A program made the position numbers and the translations under genes. Under the pieces are notes generated by a model. It did no database searches. It worked only from the letters and a program-made list of their open reading frames with translations, and was not told the origin of the DNA. A DNA stretch of 64,000 bases from Infirmifilum sp. (GTDB lineage Archaea > Thermoproteota > Thermoprotei > Thermofilales > Thermofilaceae): positions 27,860-91,859 of the forward strand of contig JBEULP010000108.1 of NCBI GenBank assembly GCA_041287245.1. Direction: 5' to 3'. Numbering within the stretch: position 1 is the stretch's first letter; each line of letters opens with the position of its first letter. Shown here piece by piece: positions 47,760 to 57,370 of the stretch.

Positions 47760-50444
47760 TTGAAACCTCTAATGCCAGAGCAGCTCTTCGCCTCGCTAGG
47801 CACTTCCCCAGAGGGGCTTACAGACGAGGAGGCCAAGCTCAGGTTATCTAAGTATGGACACAACGTTTTTGAGGTTAAAAAGACACGGTTTAGAAACGTT
47901 AAGAAGTTTCTAAAACACCTTACAGATCCACTTTCAATCCTTCTAATAATCTCGAGCGTCTTGTCTCTTTTGATAGGATCCGAAAGCCTAGGAATCTCTA
48001 TACTAATACTAACATTCCTAAACTCGGCTCTGAACACAGTGCAGGAGTGGCGTGCCGAGAAGACTATTGAGAAGCTACAGGCTTGGATGCCCTCCTACGC
48101 AAAGGTTATCCGCGGCGGAAAACCCAAGATAGTCCGCGTTAGCGAGGTTGTCCCGGGAGACATTCTTGTTGTGGAGGAGGGCGACAAGGTTCCAGCGGAC
48201 TCTGTACTCTTCGAAGCCCATGACCTCTGGATAAGCAACATCCCCCTTACAGGCGAGTCCTCGCCGCAGCAGAAGTACGTGGACGACCTTGAAGAGGAGT
48301 ATTCCTCCTATCTCGAAATGCCCAACGTTATACTAGCAGGCACAACCGTGGTTAAGGGGTATGGAAAGGCTGTTGTCTTTGCCACCGGCCCCAGGACGAT
48401 GTTCGGAGATGTTGTAAAGCTCACACAGGCAGTGGTGAAAGAGGAGAGCCCTCTAGAGAAGGAGATCGCATCTCTTGCAAGAACAACATTCATCGTAGCC
48501 ATGGTTGTAGGCTTCATATTCTTCCTATCGAGCCTGGTTATCCTACAACACTCTCTCTACGACAGCATGCTCTTCATGATAGGCGTGATGACCTCCCTTG
48601 TCCCGGAAGGCATACAAATAACTGTTTCTATGGCGCTTGCCCTCGCCGTCCTAGATATGGCTAAGAGAAACGTCCTGGTTAAGAGGCTGTCATCGGTACA
48701 GACACTCGGGAGCGTAACCGTCATAGGCACAGACAAGACGGGGACGATTACAAGGGGCGAAATGATGGCTTCTCACATTTGGGTTTACAACCGAGACTAT
48801 GAGATCACCGGGGAAGGTTATGAGCCTAGAGGCGAGATCCTGTTCAACGGAGCCCCCCTCGACAAAAAAGACCCTGTTCTTGATAAGCTGCTAACAGCCG
48901 CAGCTCTAGCTTCAAATTCCCACCTACAACCGCCAACGCGGAAGGGGGAAAGCTGGAAGGTGATCGGTGACCCTACTGATGGGGCGATTATAGTAGCGGC
49001 GTTAAAGTACGGGTTAGACCGCGAGAAGCTATTGCAGGAGTACAAGCTTGTAAAACATGTACCTCTAGACCCGATTAAAAAGACCATGTACAGTGTATAT
49101 ACTCTCAATGGGAAAAAATACCTATTTCTAAAAGGTGCTCCGAGGGGAGTTTTAGACGCCTCTAGCAGAATATTGGCGGATGGAGAGGAGGTAGCTCTTA
49201 CAGAGGATCGCAAGCGGCGAGTTGAGGAGAAGATAAAAGATCTTGGCGAGAAGGGGTTGAGAGTTATAGGTGTAGCTTACGGAGAGGATACGGAAATAGA
49301 CTCGGGCCTTGTCTTTCTCGGATTAATTGGAATTATAGACCCCCCTCGCCCGGAAGTTCCGCAGTTTGTAGAAAAAGCCAAGAGGGGAGGCATCAAGATC
49401 ATCATCCTCACAGGTGACTACGGTCCAACAGCAAAGGCCATAGCTATGAAAGTGGGGATTACAGGTGAAAACGCGCGTATAATTAAGGGCTCTGAGCTCG
49501 AGAAGATCAGCGACGAGGAGCTTTCCGAGATCCTACGGCGCGAGGATGTTATTTTCTCGCGTGTAACTCCCGAGCAGAAACTTCGGGTGCTCCGCGTCCT
49601 CAAAAGCAACGGCGAAGTCGTGGCCATGATCGGAGACGGGGTAAACGATGCCCCTTCTCTTAAGGAAGCGGACGTCGGGGTCGCGATGGGAGTAGCCGGC
49701 ACCGATGTCGCCAGAGAGGTTGCTGACGTTATTCTTCTAGATGACAGTTTTGCATCTATCGTCAAGGGAATAGAGGCGGGTAGAACCATCTTTGAAAACA
49801 TTAGGAAGTTCGTAACGTATGTATTCGCCCACAACTTCGCAGAGCTTATACCATTTATAGCTTTCATAACGGTTAAAATACCGCTACCACTTACCGTCAC
49901 ACAGGTCCTAGCTATAGATTTAGGGATTGATGTACTCCCCTCCATAGCGCTCAGCAGGCAGCCCCCCGAGCCAGGAATCATGCAGGAGCCCCCGAAGTCC
50001 AAGACAGAGAGGCTCCTCGATAGAAAAGCCCTACTACGCTCATTCATCCTAGGACTGATAGCCTCAACCTTCGCCCTATACACCTGTATAAGCACATGGC
50101 TCGCAGGAGGTTGGAGCCCCGGCCTATATCTGAACACAGATTCTCAGGTCTACCTTAAGGGCGTAACACTCACGTTCGCAGCCATAGTCTTAGCTCAAAT
50201 GGGAAACCTAGTTGCATCGCGTAGAAAGCGTGGACCAGTTATAGACTCCACACTGCTCCGTGATAAGTGGGTTATGCTGAGCCTTATCGCCCAGCTGCTG
50301 GTTCTTCTCACACTAATTTATACGCCATTCCTACAGGGAATATTCCAGACATACCCACTTACTCTAAACGACTGGCTACGAATAACCCCTGCCCCTATAC
50401 TCGTAATTGCAGCGAGCTATCTCCTGAAGAAAGCGGATCTCTAG
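47760..50444 (+). CDS. Type II cation-transporting P-type ATPase
   Basis: LTGES, VPEG, DKTGT, KGAP, TGD and GDGVNDAP motifs. Confidence 0.92.
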   Translation: MKPLMPEQLFASLGTSPEGLTDEEAKLRLSKYGHNVFEVKKTRFRNVKKFLKHLTDPLSILLIISSVLSLLIGSESLGISILILTFLNSALNTVQEWRAEKTIEKLQAWMPSYAKVIRGGKPKIVRVSEVVPGDILVVEEGDKVPADSVLFEAHDLWISNIPLTGESSPQQKYVDDLEEEYSSYLEMPNVILAGTTVVKGYGKAVVFATGPRTMFGDVVKLTQAVVKEESPLEKEIASLARTTFIVAMVVGFIFFLSSLVILQHSLYDSMLFMIGVMTSLVPEGIQITVSMALALAVLDMAKRNVLVKRLSSVQTLGSVTVIGTDKTGTITRGEMMASHIWVYNRDYEITGEGYEPRGEILFNGAPLDKKDPVLDKLLTAAALASNSHLQPPTRKGESWKVIGDPTDGAIIVAALKYGLDREKLLQEYKLVKHVPLDPIKKTMYSVYTLNGKKYLFLKGAPRGVLDASSRILADGEEVALTEDRKRRVEEKIKDLGEKGLRVIGVAYGEDTEIDSGLVFLGLIGIIDPPRPEVPQFVEKAKRGGIKIIILTGDYGPTAKAIAMKVGITGENARIIKGSELEKISDEELSEILRREDVIFSRVTPEQKLRVLRVLKSNGEVVAMIGDGVNDAPSLKEADVGVAMGVAGTDVAREVADVILLDDSFASIVKGIEAGRTIFENIRKFVTYVFAHNFAELIPFIAFITVKIPLPLTVTQVLAIDLGIDVLPSIALSRQPPEPGIMQEPPKSKTERLLDRKALLRSFILGLIASTFALYTCISTWLAGGWSPGLYLNTDSQVYLKGVTLTFAAIVLAQMGNLVASRRKRGPVIDSTLLRDKWVMLSLIAQLLVLLTLIYTPFLQGIFQTYPLTLNDWLRITPAPILVIAASYLLKKADL

Positions 50445-50658
50445 GCAAATGTCCTTAGCTCCGAAATGGCTCTACAGAGTAGTAATCCTCAACAACCCTT
50501 CTGGCTTAATACCTGAATATATAGCGGGAAAGGTGTCAGACAGTTTTCCACAGGTTGGCAAACCCTTGTTTTCGGTAGGTTTCAGGCAGACTACTAGGGC
50601 GTAAACTACCCAGGCTGGTATTCTCCTTTTTAGGATAAAATTTTTACTGGAAGCAGCG

Positions 50659-51378
50659 ATGAGCAAATCTGTGTTGAATGCAGTTATAACGGGAGCATCA
50701 TCGGGGATAGGTTGGGCATTGGTAAAAGAGCTCTCGGCTAAAGGTGCCTATGTTCTCGGCACCGGGCGAAACAGGCAAGCATTAGCCGAGTTAAAGAAGA
50801 TGCTAGGAGAAAGATTTGAATATACAGTATGTGACCTGGCAAACCTTAGTTGTGTGGATGAAATAGCTAGGAAAGCCTCTGAAAGATTCTCAACTCTCGA
50901 CGTTCTCGTAAACAATGCTGGATACGGTGTTGCAAAAAACCTTTCCGAGATGATGCCGGAGGAAACGTATGCCATGGTTATGGTCAACCTTGCAGCCCCC
51001 CTAGCGCTTACACAGAGACTACTTCCTACCCTCCACCCTGGCTCCACGGTTGTTAACGTTGAGACTGCTGGGATCCACGTCCTCATGAACCGCCTCCCCC
51101 TCTACGGAGCGACGAAAATAGCGTTACACTATGCTTCCAAGGCCCTAAGACGGGAGCTGCAAGCTAGAGGTGTGAGGCTGCTTGAAGTCTTTCCAGGAGT
51201 TGTTGACACACCATTTCACGAGAGGGCTGGTCTCCCAGCTTCGTTGAAGGGAGTATCGGCGGAGAAGGTTGCTAGAGAGATAGTAAATGCTATTGAAGGC
51301 GGGAAGGAGAAGCTATACATCCCATGGTACATGGGTATCCTCAGAATATTTGGTCCCTACCTGCCAGCCATCTACTAG
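50659..51378 (+). CDS. Short-chain dehydrogenase/reductase
   Basis: TGASSGIG, NNAG and YGATK motifs. Confidence 0.9.
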   Translation: MSKSVLNAVITGASSGIGWALVKELSAKGAYVLGTGRNRQALAELKKMLGERFEYTVCDLANLSCVDEIARKASERFSTLDVLVNNAGYGVAKNLSEMMPEETYAMVMVNLAAPLALTQRLLPTLHPGSTVVNVETAGIHVLMNRLPLYGATKIALHYASKALRRELQARGVRLLEVFPGVVDTPFHERAGLPASLKGVSAEKVAREIVNAIEGGKEKLYIPWYMGILRIFGPYLPAIY

Positions 51379-51643
51379 GGAACCTTGAAGTCAATCAATT
51401 TATGAGGATACATCTTTTTAACGCATGGCTCACACTCGTGAGGTGAGGACAGCGCATTTCCTGGGCATAGTATTTACAGAGACGCGCGGCACTCACCCCA
51501 AAAATTGCCAGCTTGGAAGAAAGATGCGAACCAGCCGTAATGCTACGTTAAAATAGGGAGAATAACAGGTAGCGAGGATCTGCCTCTCTATTTGATCTCG
51601 CATCTCCCCAGAATAACAGCAGACTTAATAGAGGGAGAGTTGC

Positions 51644-51991
51644 TTATTTTTCGCTGAAGTATTTTCCTTTCACCTTCTCGACAGGATACCTTTGCTCGTT
51701 AATCTGAAGCTTTTCGAGAATAGCCTCCTCTAGATCCACTCCAAGCTCATGAGCGAGGAGAATAAGATATATCGCGACATCCGCCATCTCATAGGCTATC
51801 TCCTTCCTCCTCGCCTTGTCGGCAGCCATCCTCCTGATTTCCTCATCAGCCTTCCACTGGAAGTGCTCCAGAAGCTCTCCAAGCTCTATAACCAGGGAAA
51901 GTGAGAGGTTCTTCGGCGTGTGGTACTCTCGCCAATCCCGCTTATCCCTAAAGCTTACAATACTTGCTTCCAGCTCCTTGATGCAAGGCAC
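51644..51991 (-). CDS. MazG-like/dCTP pyrophosphatase (all-alpha NTP-PPase)
   Basis: RDW..YHTPKNL...ELGELLEHFQW...EMADV...RYP pattern. Confidence 0.85.
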   Translation of the reverse strand: MPCIKELEASIVSFRDKRDWREYHTPKNLSLSLVIELGELLEHFQWKADEEIRRMAADKARRKEIAYEMADVAIYLILLAHELGVDLEEAILEKLQINEQRYPVEKVKGKYFSEK

Positions 51992-52050
51992 ACCTCTAAA
52001 TGTCTACTCGAGGTTATAGAGGTATTGTTTGAGAAAACGTTATATTCGCT

Positions 52051-52911
52051 TTGAAGCTTTCATGTGCTGTGCTTTGGAGCATACTTGCAATTGCAGCCGC
52101 CCTCCTATTCGCTTTGGCAGGCGTGCTTTACAGAAAAGCTGTTTCCGGGTCAAACCTACACCCCTTGCTTGCTAGCGGTTTGAGAGCCGGGCCTGCTTTT
52201 CTAGTAATGTTGCCGGTCTTCGTAGCTACGGGGGGCACCTTCTACAAATCTCTTGAATACTACCTCATCGCTACAACCTCGGCCCTCTTCGCCTTTTTCG
52301 TAGGCGACTCCTTCTTCATCTACGGACTCTCCAAGGCGTCTGTCGGGCTAGTGTATCCGGTGGCCTACACTTTCCCCATCTTTGTAGCTCTATTCAACTT
52401 TGTACTCACAGGTAAGAGACCATCGCCTATACTGCTCCTATCCGCGCTGATAATGGTTGTCGGCATAAAACTTGCTTACAGCGGAAATAACAAAATAAAC
52501 CCGGTCGGCCTCCTATCAGGGTTCATGGCGAGCCTGAGCTGGGGGCTAGGCATAACTCTAGCCTCTCTAGCACTGAAAGAGGGCACGCCCTTCGAGCTAA
52601 ACTTCTTTCGAACTGGACTTTTACTTGCGACAACTACACCCATAATCGTCAGTAAAGCTGAAAAGCTGTCAAACGTTAAGTTAAGATGGTTGCTCCTGGG
52701 CGGTTTACTGGGGATAGGACTTGGGCCAATCGCTTTGTTCTACTCTATCCAGCTATCAGGACCCGTGGGGCCCTCAGTAATCTCCTCTGGAGCCCCGGTA
52801 TTTGCTGTTCTCCTAGCCTATCCTCTCTTGCAGGAGAAGCCAAGGAAAGGAGTCCTCTCAGGAGCTGTCCTCGTTGCCCTCGCTACCGCGATAACCGCAC
52901 TCTGGGGCTAG
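52051..52911 (+). CDS. DMT/EamA family transporter
   Basis: Two EamA-like repeats, about 10 TM helices. Confidence 0.75.
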   Translation: MKLSCAVLWSILAIAAALLFALAGVLYRKAVSGSNLHPLLASGLRAGPAFLVMLPVFVATGGTFYKSLEYYLIATTSALFAFFVGDSFFIYGLSKASVGLVYPVAYTFPIFVALFNFVLTGKRPSPILLLSALIMVVGIKLAYSGNNKINPVGLLSGFMASLSWGLGITLASLALKEGTPFELNFFRTGLLLATTTPIIVSKAEKLSNVKLRWLLLGGLLGIGLGPIALFYSIQLSGPVGPSVISSGAPVFAVLLAYPLLQEKPRKGVLSGAVLVALATAITALWG

Positions 52912-53912
52912 AGGTACACCGGCACGCGTACCCGGTCCCGAACCCACACCCACTTCTTCGTCTCGTCGTCTAGGAAACGCCACAAGTGGGGGACTCCCAG
53001 GTCGACCTCGTTTTTAACTAGCATCAACCCGTCCTGCACCTTTACGCCGTATGAGTGAGCCAGGTCGTAGGCCGCCTGCAGGTATCCCACCTCGAGCTGT
53101 CCCAGGTAAACAGCGGCGCGCTTCGCCGTGTACGCTACCCCCCAGACGGGGAGGCTTGCCAGGGCCTTCGCGACCCTTCCGGCCTCCCGCCCCTTTAGGA
53201 GGAGGGCAACCTTCGGGGCTTTAGACGGATCCCTCTTCTCATGATACGTCGTGTAGAGCCACCCCGGGTAGAAGTGTAGCCTGTAATGGTAGCTGACCGA
53301 TTGATAGCTTGGCAGAGGGTGCCACAGTAGGTGGGAAAGCTTCTTTATAATCTCCCAAGCCCTGGCGTAGGGGCCGAACATAAGCTTGCCGGTCAGGAGC
53401 TCGAGGTCTATGGCATCGGGCATCCTATTCTTCTCGGGCTTCTTGAATCTCGGCAGGAAGTCTTCAAGCTTCTCAGCCAGCACGTCCACCTCGCCCTGGC
53501 GCAGGTTTCTAAGCCTCTCGAGGGGAACCCAGTAGGTGACCTCGGAGGTCACGAGAACCTCGCCTTTCCCTAACGCTTCCTGCAGGCCTTTGACGTAAAG
53601 CGAGGACAGCGCCGCTGGGACATAGCCCACTACAATTATGTAATAGCCGCCTGGAGAAGAGGCGCTCAGAGCCATCCGCGAGCCGTAGGGCAGAGAACCC
53701 GGCACTCTCTTAAACGGCGCGATGAATACGACGTGTGTAAAGCCAAAGTACTCGTCATCCACAACTATGAGGAAACTACCCCTGCTGGAGAGGTCGTCGA
53801 CCACCCGTTTCGCCGTGGAGTGTGAGACCCCTGCCAGCCTTCCCAGCTCGCGAATGCTCCTAGCCTTAGGGATAGAGTAGAGAACCCTAGACTCGTCGAT
53901 CCTCAGAGGCAT
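52908..53912 (-). CDS. Putative transcriptional regulator with N-terminal HTH (duplicated Lrp/AsnC-like architecture)
   Basis: SIRELGRLAGVSHSTAKR HTH and a second HTH-like segment (DAIDLEL...YQSVSYHY). Confidence 0.55.
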   Translation of the reverse strand: MPLRIDESRVLYSIPKARSIRELGRLAGVSHSTAKRVVDDLSSRGSFLIVVDDEYFGFTHVVFIAPFKRVPGSLPYGSRMALSASSPGGYYIIVVGYVPAALSSLYVKGLQEALGKGEVLVTSEVTYWVPLERLRNLRQGEVDVLAEKLEDFLPRFKKPEKNRMPDAIDLELLTGKLMFGPYARAWEIIKKLSHLLWHPLPSYQSVSYHYRLHFYPGWLYTTYHEKRDPSKAPKVALLLKGREAGRVAKALASLPVWGVAYTAKRAAVYLGQLEVGYLQAAYDLAHSYGVKVQDGLMLVKNEVDLGVPHLWRFLDDETKKWVWVRDRVRVPVYL

Positions 53913-54127
53913 CAGACCATCTATGAACGGTGAGATTTAAACGTGCCAACCTCACCTCGGGGTTTCACCTGAAGAAAGCGGCTCGAGAACCATTGACCCA
54001 TCAGTCTACGCGTGGCGGCCCTCCAGCCAGGAGCGCCTCGGGCCGCCGTGGCTCCCCGGGCTCACCTCGCCCAGGTTAGCGACCAGGGGTGAGTGCAAAG
54101 CATATATGTTTGAGGCATGTAGCAGTT

Positions 54128-55078
54128 ATGAAGGTGGCAGAGGTGGCTGGGGGGCTTTCCAGGAAAAGTGAAGCCCCCTACTTGATCACGCTCGCCCTCG
54201 CAGTTGTGGCTACCATGTGCCTCGTTTTCACGGCTGCGGCGCTCATCAGCCTCGCCGCTCCGCCGAGCCTCTCCCACTTCTCCATTCTTCGCGAAGTCTC
54301 CACCTTTCAAGGTCCACCGGATCCATCGTTGATTCGAGGCGAAGTTGGCCTTGAGGCGGGTTTCAAGGATGTACCCGACACGGAGTACGAGCTAATAGAC
54401 GTGTCTAAGATTCCAAGGGAGGTGTTGGATCTCGCGGGCGTGGGGCCCGGGTACGAGCCGGTCTTCTCCGTCGCGGGCAGGCAGAGCCACGCGCTGTACG
54501 TGGTTCTGAAAAACGATGAAAGCGCGAAACACCTCGTCTTCTACGCCGGGGCGAAGGGTGTGCGGGTCGAGGAGCTGGAGTTCTCTGAGGTCTCCGAGGA
54601 GCGGGTCGAGAGGGATGGCCCTGTGCAGAGGCTCGTGGTGGACGGGAGGGAGGTTGAGGTTCGGGGCAGGCTGGCGTGCGGGGTCAAGAAGAGCACAGCT
54701 CGGTATGGGACGCTCCAAGTGTCCTCCATATACTTCGACTGCTGGTACACCACCTACCTTGGGAGCACGCAGCTCGCGACGACGCACTCGCGGGGCTACG
54801 TGTACTACATCCCCGGTCAGGTGGTGACCAGCTTCACCGACCTCTCGTACTACACGGTGCACAACCCACTAGTGGAGAGTTGTTGGTTCCGCAGCTACCC
54901 CTCGGGCGTTGGCCAGCCAGTAGGCAGCTTGACCGCTGAGGGGAAGTTCTTAACGTGCTTCGTCGCAGCTTCGACCCAGTGGACGCAGTTCGCGAGGTTC
55001 GTTGTCGACGCGAGGACGGGAGGCTACTGGTGCGAAGGCGCGCACAACGCTTGGGCCTCCCCGGGTTGTAACTGTTAA
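54128..55078 (+). CDS. Secreted or membrane-anchored hypothetical protein, Cys-containing C-terminus
   Basis: Hydrophobic N-terminal helix; beta-rich body ending PGCNC; own TATA-like CATATAT; high GC3. Confidence 0.6.
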   Translation: MKVAEVAGGLSRKSEAPYLITLALAVVATMCLVFTAAALISLAAPPSLSHFSILREVSTFQGPPDPSLIRGEVGLEAGFKDVPDTEYELIDVSKIPREVLDLAGVGPGYEPVFSVAGRQSHALYVVLKNDESAKHLVFYAGAKGVRVEELEFSEVSEERVERDGPVQRLVVDGREVEVRGRLACGVKKSTARYGTLQVSSIYFDCWYTTYLGSTQLATTHSRGYVYYIPGQVVTSFTDLSYYTVHNPLVESCWFRSYPSGVGQPVGSLTAEGKFLTCFVAASTQWTQFARFVVDARTGGYWCEGAHNAWASPGCNC

Positions 55079-55359
55079 TAATAAACTTTTTTCCCAGACT
55101 CCTCCACCTTTAAAAGGGCCGGTTTGTTCGTCAACCGTGAGCCGGGGAGGCGGTGCCGTGCACCTCTCAGCTACCTTCCACTACGCTCAGGTTATCTGCA
55201 GAGGGGATCCCGGCGGGCTCGGCTCAACGGGTAGGAGAGGCCGCGGGTAAGGCGTTAGGGCTAAGGACTGAGCACCGTTGGATCTGCGGGGCTCGCCGCA
55301 CGAGGCCGGCACTGGTTGGACGGCGTAAACTCTTATATTCCCTGCGTGGTAATTGATAT

Positions 55360-55728
55360 GTGGCGAAAGGCAGGTTCGTGGTGCACGAGCACGATGCTCG
55401 CAGGGCCGGGCTACACTACGACCTCAGGATTGAAATGGACGGCGTTCTGAAAGACTGGGCGTTCAGGAAAGCCCCGCCTCTCGAACCAGGGGTTAAAAGG
55501 TATGGGTTGCAGCAGGAGGATCATGATCTGTCCTGGCTTGGCTTCGAGGGGGAAATCAAGGAGGGGTACGGCGCCGGAACCATGAAGATATGGGACAAGG
55601 GGGAGTACGAGCTGCTGGAGAGCGACGATGACAAGCTTGTCCTAAGGTTCCACGGTGAAAAGCTACGGGGAAGGTATATCCTGCTTAGATTCAAGGAGGG
55701 CTGGCTCTTCTTCAAAGCTGGAAACTAA
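55360..55728 (+). CDS. Stand-alone LigD 3'-phosphoesterase (PE) domain protein
   Basis: FVVHEH...LHYDLRIE, EDH...FEG.I..GYGAG...IWDKG and LRGRYIL motifs. Confidence 0.88.
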   Translation: MAKGRFVVHEHDARRAGLHYDLRIEMDGVLKDWAFRKAPPLEPGVKRYGLQQEDHDLSWLGFEGEIKEGYGAGTMKIWDKGEYELLESDDDKLVLRFHGEKLRGRYILLRFKEGWLFFKAGN

Positions 55729-56564
55729 CGGTGTCCATAAATAAGGGACGGGTAGAGGTTCTTCTTGCCTCTGGCCTCCTTGACCCTGTCCCATTCGTAG
55801 AGTATCCTGACGGCCTCATTCGCCACGCGCACCGCCTCCGGCACCCCGGCCTCCAGCTTAAACTCGTCTGTCACACGGTTAGCGAGAACTGCTAGGACGG
55901 CGCCGGCTCTGGCTCCGTAGACAGATGAGAGGGTGAAGACCGTCGCTGCCTCCATCTCGAAGCTCAGCACGCGTGCCGCCTGAAGGTCTTCCATCAAGCT
56001 TTTGAATACGCTTGGCATGTAGCCTTTGTACCCGGGCCTCGCCTGACCCGTGTAAAAAGTGTCTGTGGAAGCCACAAAACCCAGATGGTACCTCGCACCC
56101 AACTGCTCCGCTGCCTCTACAAGCGCAAGCACAACCTCGTAGTGCGCGACCGCCGGGTACTCGACCCTGACGTACTCCTCACTGGCTCCGTCGAGCCTAA
56201 CAGCCCCCGTAGCGATTACTAGGTCACCCACCCTTATTTCAGGCTGCAGCGCGCCGGTCGTGCCTACCCGTATGAAGGTTTTAGCCCCCACCCGGAGGAG
56301 CTCCTCAAGCGCTATCGAAGCAGCGGGACCGCCGATGCCCGTGGAGGTAGATGAGATAGGCGCGCCTTTATAGACTCCGGTATGAGTAACGTATTCACGG
56401 TGCCTGGCGATCTCCCTCCTCTCGTCCCACAGGCTGGAGATCAGCTGTACTCTCTCAGGGTCTCCGGGGAGTAAAACATAGGGAGCCACGTCTCCAGGCT
56501 TGCACCTGATATGGTACTGCATCCCTTCCCCGAGGTCGGGTGAAGAAGCAGACGTTCTCATCAC
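55725..56564 (-). CDS. udp: Uridine phosphorylase
   Basis: YHI.CKPGD...LLPGDPER, STGIGGP, RVGTTG, FYTGQ and FEMEAA motifs. Confidence 0.88.
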   Translation of the reverse strand: MMRTSASSPDLGEGMQYHIRCKPGDVAPYVLLPGDPERVQLISSLWDERREIARHREYVTHTGVYKGAPISSTSTGIGGPAASIALEELLRVGAKTFIRVGTTGALQPEIRVGDLVIATGAVRLDGASEEYVRVEYPAVAHYEVVLALVEAAEQLGARYHLGFVASTDTFYTGQARPGYKGYMPSVFKSLMEDLQAARVLSFEMEAATVFTLSSVYGARAGAVLAVLANRVTDEFKLEAGVPEAVRVANEAVRILYEWDRVKEARGKKNLYPSLIYGHR

Positions 56565-56599
56565 GTAAGATAAGAGAAAAACCTCTTAAAAAGCGTTTT

Positions 56600-57367
56600 C
56601 TAGTCTTCCACCGTCGCGCTCTCGAATGCTTTGACGCCCACGACGAGTAAGATGGACGTGAGGACAACCAGCAGTAGTACGTCCAGCATTGGGTCGAAGT
56701 AGGAGACCCCTGTGAGCCAGTACCTCATGCCGTCGACAGCGTAGGTAGCTGGGTCCAGGTATGCTATCGTGCGCATCCAGCTGGGCATTGTTGTAAGTGG
56801 GAAGAAAATGCCGCTCATGAAGAGCAGGGGCTGCGTGATTAGGTTAACTATCATCTGGAATCCCTCCATGCTTGAGAGCTTCACAGACAAGGCGATGCCC
56901 AGGGACGCGAAGCCAAGCGAGAGGAGAATGCCGTAGACTACGACGGGGACGACCCCCTGTATCCTGAGCCCCGGGGCTAAAAGGTAGACGAGTGCGAGTA
57001 TAATTAAAGCCTGAAGGTTGATGACGAGAGAATCTCCTAAGGCTCTCCCAAGTATTATCTCTGCACGGGAGGCAGGGGCTACTAGAGTCTCTTTTAGAAA
57101 GCCGAACTGCTTATCCCAGATCACCGAGATACCGCTCATGAAAGAGCCCATTATGATAGTCATTGAAACCATTCCAGAGGCGAGGAAGGAGAGATAGTCC
57201 AATCCTCCGAACATCGAAGATGCCCCTGGGAAGCTGAATGCTCTACCCATTCCAAGCCCGAAGAACACAAGCCACATCAGCGGCTGCACGATGGTCATCA
57301 CCAGCCGTGACCGAGCGTTGACAAACCTCTTAATCTGCCTGTAAACCATTGGAAATATACCCTTCAT
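56600..57367 (-). CDS. ABC-2 type exporter permease (DrrB-like)
   Basis: WDKQFGFLKE.LVAP and SGIFFP...P.W...P.TYAVD motifs. Confidence 0.85.
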   Translation of the reverse strand: MKGIFPMVYRQIKRFVNARSRLVMTIVQPLMWLVFFGLGMGRAFSFPGASSMFGGLDYLSFLASGMVSMTIIMGSFMSGISVIWDKQFGFLKETLVAPASRAEIILGRALGDSLVINLQALIILALVYLLAPGLRIQGVVPVVVYGILLSLGFASLGIALSVKLSSMEGFQMIVNLITQPLLFMSGIFFPLTTMPSWMRTIAYLDPATYAVDGMRYWLTGVSYFDPMLDVLLLVVLTSILLVVGVKAFESATVED

Positions 57368-57370
57368 AAC

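Noticed and set aside
49418..50137. 239-aa antisense ORF and the many other shadow ORFs
   Set aside because: They lie opposite well-supported genes, have no motifs and reflect codon bias.
53983..53993. TCGAGAACCAT shared with the sequence following the solitary repeat
   Set aside because: An 11-nt match with no extension is expected by chance in 64 kb.
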